A stretch of 64,000 nucleotides of DNA from Felis catus (Eukaryota): assembly GCF_018350175.1 (NCBI RefSeq), contig NC_058368.1, positions 36,024,001 through 36,088,000 of the forward strand. The letters are read 5' to 3'. This document shows positions 54,691-64,000 of this stretch, in pieces; position 1 is the stretch's first letter; each line of letters starts with the position of its first letter. A program made the position numbers and the translations under genes. Under the pieces are notes generated by a model. The model was not told the DNA's origin. It did not search any database and saw nothing but the letters and a program-made list of their open reading frames with translations.

Positions 54691-55453
54691 CTAAAATGGC
54701 AATGACATTTTTTCCTTAATTCCAGTACTTGTTAAAATCATTATGACTTGAAAAGGTTAGAAAAAGAAAAGAATTAGAAATAGTGTCAGTAATGAAATAA
54801 GCAAAACAAAGAAAGCTAATACTGAATGGAAAAGGATTTTCCAAGCATGATACCAGGGCCACAAAGTATAAATGCAAACCCAATTACAATTTCAAATTAT
54901 TGGACAAATGTAACATACAAGACTCAAAAAGTGTCTTCCATCAACACGTAAGCATTTTGAAGGAAGAAGAGAAGATGATAACCAACCCAACAATAATGAA
55001 CAGAAAATTAGCAAAAACAAAATTAATAATTGCTAACACGTATGACCAGGTAGTTCATTTCCCTAATACAAAAATATAAATTTTATTTACTGAAGCACAG
55101 CAATGATTAAATGATCCATAATACCAAGTGTCAGACATGGCACAGAGAAAATGACTTGTCTACACCATAGAAGTATAATTCATGAACTTTGCTGGTGAGT
55201 AACTAGGAAAATATATATTAAAATTTAAAATATGTATTTTCTTTCACCCAGCAATTGCATTGTTAGGACTTTGCCTTTAAGCAAGAATGTTCATTAAAAT
55301 GTTGTTAGCCAATATCTGGAAATAAAGGTCCATCAGTAACAGACTGATTAAATAAGCTACGATATAGATCCACATGATGAGACACTACGCAGGAGAAGTG
55401 ATTCATATAGATTCCCTATGCTGTAGTTGATCCTTTATTTAGAAAAAAAAAAA

Positions 55454-55660
55454 TTTAATGTTTATTTATTTTTGAAAGAGACAGAGACAGAGCGTGAGCG
55501 AGGGAGGGGCAGAGAGAGAGGGAGACACAGAATCCAAAACAGGCCCCAGGCTCTGATCTGTCAGCACAGAGCCCGACGCGGGGCTCAAATTCACGAACTG
55601 TGAGATCATAACCTGAGCCGAAGTCAGACACCCAACGGACTGAGCCACCCAGGTACCCCT
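55454..55660 (-). mobile_element. CAN-SINE (SINEC_Fc2-like)
   Basis: Reverse SINE body from tttaatgtttatttattttt to gagccacccaggtacccc. Confidence 0.94.
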
Positions 55661-56522
55661 CCCTTCTTTCTTTAATAAAAGCAATAAACATGGTTTTAAA
55701 AAACATATTACAGAAGGGCTTACAATGAAAAGTAACAACCAAATCACTACATTAAAAACCCAATCCCACTTCCTAAATGAGACCTCTTATGGTTCTTTCT
55801 ATATTAGATTATTCTGGCAGTTAGTTTCTTAACTCTAAATAAGATGTGTACACCATTATTTCTTGATTCATCTATTTAATACATTATAGATAGCTTCCTA
55901 TTATAGAAGATGAAAATGGTGTTTCCTGTCTAATCCCATTTATTTTAATAATTTTGCTTTCTAAATTGCCTGGCTCTGTAGCACTAAATAAATACTTAAA
56001 CCTCCGATCACTGTTACATAAACAGTATCTACTGATTTCCACTATAATATATAAAGTTATCTTTATTTACTTGCCAACATCTCTCTCTCCTACAGTTTGG
56101 CCCCAGATCCTCACTCACCTATTACTGTAAGTCCTCTGCAGTGTCTCTAAGTTTTCTATAAACATTTAAAATCAACATATACAATGTACTTATTGTAACT
56201 ATGTAAATATGTTTCACTTATATAGCCAAGCAGTAGTCAAAAAATCTATTTCCTTCTCAAGAGTTCAATGCTTAAATAAACCTCTCATCTACTCAAGAAA
56301 AAACATTCCTAATGGCCAGGTAGAATAAACTTCCTTTTCAGGTCCTATTCAGAATCATTCCACATTTTAGTTTGCTTTATTTTTCCTCATATCTGTCCCT
56401 CCCACTACCAGGAACTTCTAATTACTTCCTTCCAGTGGAGAAAAATGAGCATTTTATCAGTGCCACTAATATAATCTAGTTCTTTTCTCATTCTATACAC
56501 TCCGTACTTCTTTATGAACTCT

Positions 56523-57520
56523 AATATATGAAGAAAAACAACCTCAACCTCACACAAAAAATGGCTATTCTTTTTTCATGTTACACCAAAATTTGACATA
56601 TGGTAACTCCTTGTACATTACTTGCTGTGTGGAATCACCTATCAGTGAATGTTTTGTACTCTGTTACTTCAAAATCCAAGAATTCTTCACCCGTGCAGAA
56701 TGTGTAATCAGGCACGGGAATTTGGAAAAGAGTGGTTTGCGGAGTCACGTAGATTCTCCAAATGTTGACACATCTCATTATACAATATCAAAATAATCCT
56801 ATGGGTTATTATCATCATTGACCTCACCAGAAAAAAAAAATTCGCCTACTGGAAAGCTGTCAAGCTAACAGTAGCAGATCCAAGTTTTCCAAAACTCAAA
56901 TTTTTCCCTGAGAGCTTGAATTTTATCATTGGTAACAAATTCTATCAGTCATTTTCCTTGACATTACAGAATTACTTTATTTCCTTTTTAAGAAAGTGTG
57001 TGCCAGACAGTCAAGCAGGAGTGGCCACAGTTTTTATGACAATCATGCCTTGTAAAAAAAAAATCAACCCATTCAGCTCACAATACAAGCACATACGCAG
57101 CTATTTGCTCACTGTACTTCAGTACGCAGACGTGTGCTTGACGTGTACAATTCGCTTTGTCACAGGGAATGTTGAAATGATATGTACTCCAGGGGAGATT
57201 TTTAATAAAATTAATGTCTTTCAGTTCTTTATCAAGGACACTCAGGTAAAAAAAAAAAAAAAAAAAAAGGCAGTTTTTATTGTTTTGTTTACTGTGAGGA
57301 ATTCAAGGACTACTAACATGGTTTGGGGTCACTGCCGTGATTCCCAACTAAGTGCCACCAGTTGTACTCACCATCCTTGCATCACCAGCACAAATAACAA
57401 CACAACGGAAAAGGCAAATCATGTCTTAGTGCTGTTACGAAAGCAGTTTTGACTCTTAGGATCCCCTGAAAGGGTATCAAGGGCCCTAAGGACTCTACAG
57501 GTCACACTAGGAGAACTGAC
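56523..57520 (-). mobile_element. Charlie1a-like hAT DNA transposon fossil (about 1 kb, decayed transposase sequence)
   Basis: Reverse strand follows the recalled Charlie1a consensus (ccctttcaggggat, tgtccttgat, gaattttattaaa, ttttggaaaactt, gcttgacagctt, atgtgtcaacatttgga). Confidence 0.85.
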
Positions 57521-57587
57521 ACTGCAGTTAACCTGTGGGGCAAGGGACGATAAAAGGTTTCCATTTAAATATTAGAGAAATACTCAC

Positions 57588-57706
57588 CGACAAACTGACT
57601 TAAATCTAAATCTAGTCTCTTTCGATATGAGAAGTCTGGATCCATCCCATCTCTATGCAATACAATCTGAGATACACATTCATCAATTAATTTGAAGTAT
57701 TGTTGC
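57588..57706 (-). CDS. DIAPH3: DIAPH3 coding exon (~exon 13), 119 nt: (R)QQYFKLIDECVSQIVLHRDGMDPDFSYRKRLDLDLSQFV(D)
   Basis: TTTAG acceptor, GTGAGT donor. Carries the SQIVLH..G.DPDF motif. Phase 2-1. Confidence 0.96.
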
Positions 57707-58396
57707 CTAAAACGAAGAAAAAGAATAAATGCACACTCCATTTATAAGAATAAGTTTACATCAAAACAAAGTATTTTGGTAAGCTTGAGTTCAAGTTCAA
57801 TAATTTATCTTTGTATAGTGTCAACAACTGACATGACAGATTTAACATGGGAGTGAGGGTAAATACAACAGTCATCGCTTTCCTTCTTCTAATGACATCA
57901 CGACATTAAGTTTTTACACTCTTTTAGCACATACAGTGTTTTAATGATGATTTGCTTACAAAAGTCAGAACCTTGACTTAATTAGTAAGCAATAAAAAAA
58001 AAAAAAAAGCACCGAGATGAAGTGATAGGTGCTTAAAAGCAGTCCTCAACAGAGATCAACCTACCACTGCACCATACTGAAATATCTACCATTAATTCAT
58101 TTTATTAATACAAGCCAAAATATATCCATTTTTTTCCAAAAAAATTATCTGGGTCTTAAAACTATACAGTTTACTACTTTAGGAATGTTTGCGGAGTCCA
58201 ATTAAAAACAGATACTGTAAAATATATACAGTACCAAATGAATATTTCGTACTCAAAACACAACTCAAAACACAATTTTTTTCAAAAATTAGAGTTTAAA
58301 TAAATGCCCAAATAGGGATCACGTTGTCACTACAGGTTTTAGTCCACCTATGTTCGTCATAAGCAAAAGAACCTCCCTTAAAACTTAAGCCAACAA

Positions 58397-58620
58397 GGGG
58401 AGCCTGGGTGGCTCAGTCAGTTAAGCATCTGACTTGGGCTCAGATCATGATCCCACGGTTTGTGAGTTCGAGCCCCAGTTCGGGTTCTGTGCTGACAGCT
58501 CAGGGCCTGGAGCCTGCTTTGGATTTGATGTCTCCCTCTCTCTCTCTGCTCCTCCCTTGATCACACTGCCTCTCTCTCTCTCTCAAAAATAAATAAAACA
58601 TAAAAAATTTTTTTTTAAAA
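58397..58620 (+). mobile_element. CAN-SINE (SINEC_Fc2-like)
   Basis: SINE body. TSD aaaacttaagccaa/aaaactgaagccaa. Confidence 0.94.
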
Positions 58621-59951
58621 ACAAAACTGAAGCCAATCAATTTAAAATATCTAGATTTTATTAACAAAACCAAACTAAAATGACAGAAAGGGTGGGTGCT
58701 ATCTCAATGAGGTCAGTCCTTCATCCCCAGCCACCCCTACAACTTCTTTGTTCCCTCAGTGACTTTTTGCACACATTTCTTCTCCAAATCTTTCTCACCA
58801 TGTAAGTGAAGGTGCTTCTATTCACTAGAGCTTCCTCTCTACTGCCCTGAATCTACTTATCTCACACCTAATAAATGACCCATTATGCAGAATAAAATCC
58901 AAAATAACTGAACATTAGCAAAGACAAAAGATGGTCATTGACTGTCATCAACTAAAAATGTTTAAGACAGTGTTCTTGGGTACACGTCAAAGCAAGAAGG
59001 TTTTCCTCAATGTTCTACACTGCTTCCAAAAATATAGTCTCCCATTCCCTACTATCTTGCCATAACAACCACATGTACAATTAAGGTACATAAATTGCAC
59101 ACACAGGTACAAAATATCAATCACGTTTGAAAATCAAGATGGAGCATTCTATTTCTTTTTTACTCTTATTCAACGTTATCCTAGTGTTGTTTTAATATAA
59201 ACATGTTTTAAATTAACAACTTAGGTTAATTTGTAGACTTAATAACATAGGTTATTAATTAATAATGTAGGTTATTTTGTGGACTTTTTAAATAAATCAT
59301 TATTTCAGTAAATGTTTTCTCACCTCCACAGCTCCCAATGATAAGCTCACTTACAAAGTAGCTGAAATTTTTTGCAAAATCTCTTTCAAGGCAACACTGG
59401 CAAAATAATAATGTACTTCTGGATTCTAGAAATGTGCATCCAGAAAATAATCACCATGAGCAATATTGGTGAGTTAGTGAATATGTCAGAGGAATATGTA
59501 AATAACCTAATTAAGGGATGAACATAAGTTGTCATTACTTCACTGATATGTCATTTTTGTTGGAGGAATTTTAAAATCATCTTCACTTTCTCTTTAGTAT
59601 TTTTATCAAATATCAGAAATTATCTCCCATACACATTCAACTAGGCAAATATTTTGCACATGGTAAGCCATTAAGTATTTGTTAGAGAAATGAATTTGAT
59701 CTCCCACTCCACACTCCAATATTCTTTCCACATTTCATTTTTCTTGGGGGCAGGGGTTACCTTGCATGTACATTCTCCAACTGAGTTCCATTTCAGTAAA
59801 ATTTCCTTTCGTCCCAAATGTGAACGTGAGAAAATTTTCTTATTTTCCTATCGGCTAATTCTTTTAAATGGGACTATCTTGCATTCTAAAGCAAAGCAAT
59901 TTCTAAAAATCTGAAAACATTTATTTATATCAATAGGAATTAAGAATGTTC

Positions 59952-60177
59952 GGGGCGCCTGGGTGGCACAGTCGGTTAAGCATCCGACTTCAGCCAGGTC
60001 ACGATCTCGCAGTCCGTGAGTTCGAGCCCCGCGTCGGGCTCTGGGCTGATGGCTCAGAGCCTGGAGCCTGTTTCTGATTCTGTGTCTCCCTCTCTCTCTG
60101 CCCCTCCTCCGTTCATGCTCTGTCTCTCTCTGTCCCAAAAATAAATAAACGTTGAAAAAAAAATTAAAAAAAAAAAA
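59952..60177 (+). mobile_element. Young felid SINE (SINEC_Fc-type)
   Basis: TSD aagaatgttc at 59942-59951 and 60178-60187. Long A tail. Confidence 0.96.
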
Positions 60178-61000
60178 AAGAATGTTCATTCAACAAAAGG
60201 TGTTCAGATAATCAAAGATTTTTAAAAGGTAAAGTCCACGTCCATCGGAGACAGTGAAAATAAATCAACCAACAAAAAACCATGAAGCTAAAACCAAAAG
60301 AGCAAGACTCACAGAACTGCACACCAAAACCAGTTTTACTGTATTTAAATAAAAAGCTAAATAATTTTTAAATGAATGAAAAACTATCTAAATGATCATA
60401 ATCTGCCACAATCTTACAATAAAAATATATTCTCTGTAAGAATAAATAACAACAATAACCACCTATGAGAATTTGGGAACATGGGGAAAAAAAAAAAAAA
60501 CAGATGGAATGGTCTTGATTACAGAAATCATAGGAAGAATGACGCCTTCACAGCAACCATACGTGAAACAAAGACCAAGGTCCTGGGGCTTAAAGAGTCC
60601 ACGAAGAATGCAACATACATAAGTATCAAGTTTAAAACGTGATACTTGAAAAATGACCAAAATAACTAACGTCACTTTGGTGCGGCTACAGTTTAATATT
60701 TCTCTGAGACTCTTAATTCCACTGAAGTGACAGGATTGCCTGAGCATGCCCCAGGAGAGTTGTGCTTTTCAATCTATTTTAAAGGTAGACACAACCGCGT
60801 GGCCTTCTGCAGCACAGATTAAGGGATTAGGGTAAAAATGAAGGGATCATAAGTAATATAGAACCCCCTCTGGCAGCATTAAGACACATTCAAAACTTTG
60901 AAAGCAAACAATATTCTTGAATTCTTGAAAACTCCAGCAGCATCAAGCAATCAGAGGTTGACAGGACCAACCATATAGGGATCAGGAAAAGGACAGGGTT

Positions 61001-61164
61001 GGAGCGCCTGGGTGGCTAAGCATCTGACTTTGGCTCAGGTCATAATATTGCTGTCCATGAGTTTGAACCCCACACTGGGCTCTGTGCTGACAGCTCAGAG
61101 CCTGAAGCTTGCTTCAGATTCTGTGTCCCCCTCTCTCAGACTCTCCCCCAATCTCACTCTGTCT

Positions 61165-61196
<32 letters not shown>
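61001..61196 (+). mobile_element. CAN-SINE with a small deletion in the A-box region
   Basis: ggagcgcctgggtggctaagcatctg head, 30-nt A tail, TSD aaaaggacagg. Confidence 0.92.
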
Positions 61197-61202
<6 letters not shown>

Positions 61203-62376
61203 ACAGGTTTACTTTAGAGTAAATGGAAGCTTCAAATTTAAATACATGTGGAGAAAAATACAGTTTTATAACTAGCAAGTACCTCTGATATTTAAAAATA
61301 TTAATCAATGTACTATTTTGATTTTAATTAATGTATTCATATTTGTATTAATATTTTTGTCAATGTATTAGTGTTTATTTTATATTAGTATGTCTGTGCT
61401 GCAAAAGGAGGAGATAAGATGGGTGATCTGTGCTCATCCCAAAGAACGTAAACTTTTTTTTTTTCTTTGACTCTTATTCTATTCACTTGTCAGATATATC
61501 ACAAGCCTGAATTACACCCTCTGACATCAACCAGGGGACACAGCCCAAATGAGACATCTCTAGCAAATTCTTCCACATGAAAGCAGAGTAAGAAACGACA
61601 CGTTACCCAAAGTATTTGAGAATGGAATCTCAGCAAAGCTAAATTAAAGGCACCAAAAATGGTTTTATATTCAAGGATTTCCACTTTCCTCATAAAACAG
61701 TAACAAAGTAGAAAGCAGATATAGAGGGCATTTACTGAGCATACACCAGGTGCCCAGATATTTGGCTAGGAGATTCATCCATGCTACTATGTGTCACCTT
61801 CAGAACCACCTAGGAACGTAGGTGTTAATATGCTTGCCCAGCTACAGATAGATAAGGTACAGATGGAATAAACAATTTGTTAAACTCAAGATGGCTGAGA
61901 TATAATCGAACTTGAATGTTATTTGTCTAGCTTTTCTGATACATTAGCAACACTAAGTGCAACTGTATTACCCAGGCACTTTCTAGCTACTTAAATACTA
62001 ATAAAAACAATGTTTACTGCCTTTCATGTAACTTATAAAAAGAAACTTATCAACCCCATTCCTACTACCTAAAGACTAATGAGAAAACATTATCCATCAC
62101 AAGATAAATTAGTAATTTGTTGCTAGTTCGCATTTTTTATTCAGATGAAAACTTGGTAACAAGAATCTGTGCAGCTTACAAAATAACAGTAATATCATTT
62201 TACTGTCACCTGTCTAAATATATGCCCAGAAGAAATGCCACATTCCATGAGTCAGTATTAAGACAGAAATAAAAATCTGAAAATTATGAGCTTGCCCAAA
62301 TCAAACATCAGGTGAATTTCACAATTAATAGAATTTTATTAGTGAAATTTAACATTAGAACATAGCTTCCTCTTAC

Positions 62377-62493
62377 CTTATAAAATAATCATTTCGAATC
62401 AGCAAAAGATGCTGAAGAATGGAAATAAAATATCCTTCCGCTCTAGTTTCCTTAACTGTGTTCCACACCATGTTGTAAATATCATATGCTTCA
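62377..62493 (-). CDS. DIAPH3: DIAPH3 coding exon (~exon 12), 117 nt: (D)EAYDIYNMVWNTVKETRAEGYFISILQHLLLIRNDYFI(R)
   Basis: AC acceptor at 62494-62495, AAG|GTAAGA donor. Carries the diaphanous SILQHLLLIRND motif. Phase 2-2. Confidence 0.96.
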
Positions 62494-63296
62494 GTACATC
62501 GATTAAGGAATATGTGAATTTATTTATTCTCTACACCAAACAACCAATAACACAGCACAGAATCTGTTCTGTAAGCCTTCAAAAGATTATTATGTGTCTT
62601 ACCCCATACCATCATGTATACTCAACACATGGTACCACACAGGTAGTTAGGATTGAAGTAGAGAAAAACTGTGTGCAAATGGTAACTTCACCTGGCACTG
62701 TCTTCTCCTCCAAAATCAACTCCAACCATTTGCCTCTCTCAAGCCAAGATGGTTCGGGTGGCAAGGGTAACAGGCAGCTGGTTGGAAATACCATATTAGG
62801 TGTACAGAGTGCCCTAACCAAGAGAGATGGTGCCAGGCATTATCCACCATGGGGAAGCCCCAGTGGAGGACAGGAACCTGGTGGATTTCTGGAAAAGCAC
62901 AGAGATCTGCAGACCCACAGAGTTAACAAAGGCCCATAGGGGTGTGCACCCAAGGTGTAGGACAGGAGCCAACCAGTAGGCTAATGCTAGAGAGCACTAG
63001 AGGAGGGGGAGGTGCCACACATGAGAAGAAAAAACAACACACTGTACACATACACAAGAGGCCTCATGGAATTTGTGGGTTGGAACGTCCATTTCCATAT
63101 GCATGGACTCAGAAAAACACACATGAAACTATTAAGAAAAGTTTATATGAAAATCAATCTGATTCATAAAGGTTTGGCTTTATACTGTTTATACAGAAAT
63201 GGCTTCAGAAGTTTAGTATCTTGGGGTGTGAAGTTTGTTTGTTTGGGGTTTGGCAACAATTTTACATAGGTCAATAACTTCAGAACAAAAGGATAT
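62494..63296 (-). other. U12-type (minor spliceosome) AT-AC intron of DIAPH3, 803 nt
   Basis: 5' end ATATCCTTTT, branch point TTCCTTAAT (62502-62510), 3' end GATGTAC. Splicing AT..AC restores the frame as CTT GA|T GAA GCA TAT (L-D-E-A-Y). Confidence 0.95.
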
Positions 63297-63415
63297 TCAA
63301 GCTCAGCTCTAATCTCTTCAAGGCGATGGGAGAGCTCAAGCAAATCTTCTTCTTTATGCTCATCAAAGACTTTAAGTTGGATATCCAAGCCATCATTCTT
63401 CAGACATTTTAAATT
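63297..63415 (-). CDS. DIAPH3: DIAPH3 coding exon (~exon 11), 119 nt: NLKCLKNDGLDIQLKVFDEHKEEDLLELSHRLEEIRAEL(D)
   Basis: Overlaps ORF 63164..63388. TAG acceptor at 63416-63418. Ends at a U12-type ATATCCTTT donor. Phase 0-2. Confidence 0.95.
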
Positions 63416-63677
63416 CTAGAGATATGAAAGAGAAATGACAATTAACGGTTTTATTTTTAATAATGCAAAAAGGTTAATGAAAAACATATAAACAATAAAC
63501 CAACCATTTGACTTGATTTACAGCATTCAAACACTTAAAGTGTTAATACTCCAATCTTATCTATATTTCAAAAATAGATTTTTATACTCAAGCCTTTTTC
63601 CCCCGCAGATAAATTATTCTTGAAGGTAATTTATCTAAATTTCCCCCTATTCAAGTACTCCTCTAATTTAAATATTA

Positions 63678-63812
<135 letters not shown>

Positions 63813-64000
63813 CTACAATAGATTGCACAGTGAGACTTAAGCTTGGATTCCAACATTAAAGAAAGAGGAATACAACTGAAACATGAAGGTTTTGTTCCAA
63901 GAATCATTAAGTACCTTTCTTCCCAGGAGAATCTATTAGAACAATAATTTGTATGTAAATTATTTTAGTCAATTAAAATTAAATAAGAAATATAGTTTCG

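Noticed and set aside
56916..57452. 178-aa plus-strand ORF
   Set aside because: It lies antisense within the Charlie1a fossil, includes a poly-A-derived Lys run, and resembles no protein I recognise.
62430..62466. Plus-strand 'mini U12 intron' (ATATCCTT...TTCCTTAAC...AC)
   Set aside because: About 37 nt is too short to splice and there is no plus-strand gene evidence. Reinterpreted above as antisense complementarity on the sense RNA.
62409..62939. 176-aa plus-strand ORF
   Set aside because: Antisense shadow of exon 12 and the U12 intron, with no recognisable domain or supporting gene structure.

Overview
AT-rich mammalian genomic DNA. The carnivore tRNA-derived SINEs include young SINEC_Fc-type copies, which points to a felid (cat or relative). 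The whole window lies inside the formin gene DIAPH3 (mDia2 orthologue) on the minus strand. Nine coding exons were reconstructed by hand (probably exons 10-18 by human numbering, recalled rather than checked). They total 1156 nt with consistent phases and cover the end of the GBD/FH3 region, the coiled coil, FH1 and the start of FH2. The last intron crossed is 36 kb. The rest is intronic: 15 CAN-SINEs, L1/L2 fragments, LTRs, hAT/Mariner DNA-transposon relics and microsatellites. There are no prokaryotic features, CRISPR arrays or recognisable structural RNA genes. The clearest unusual feature is an AT-AC minor-spliceosome (U12-type) intron at 62494-63296. The exon just downstream carries adjacent antisense copies of both of that intron's U12 signals: an 18-bp G:U-compatible match to the 5' splice site and a 9-bp match to the branch point. 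This is a candidate cis RNA switch for minor-intron retention, untested. Repeat subfamily names come from recalled consensus sequences and need a Dfam/RepeatMasker check.
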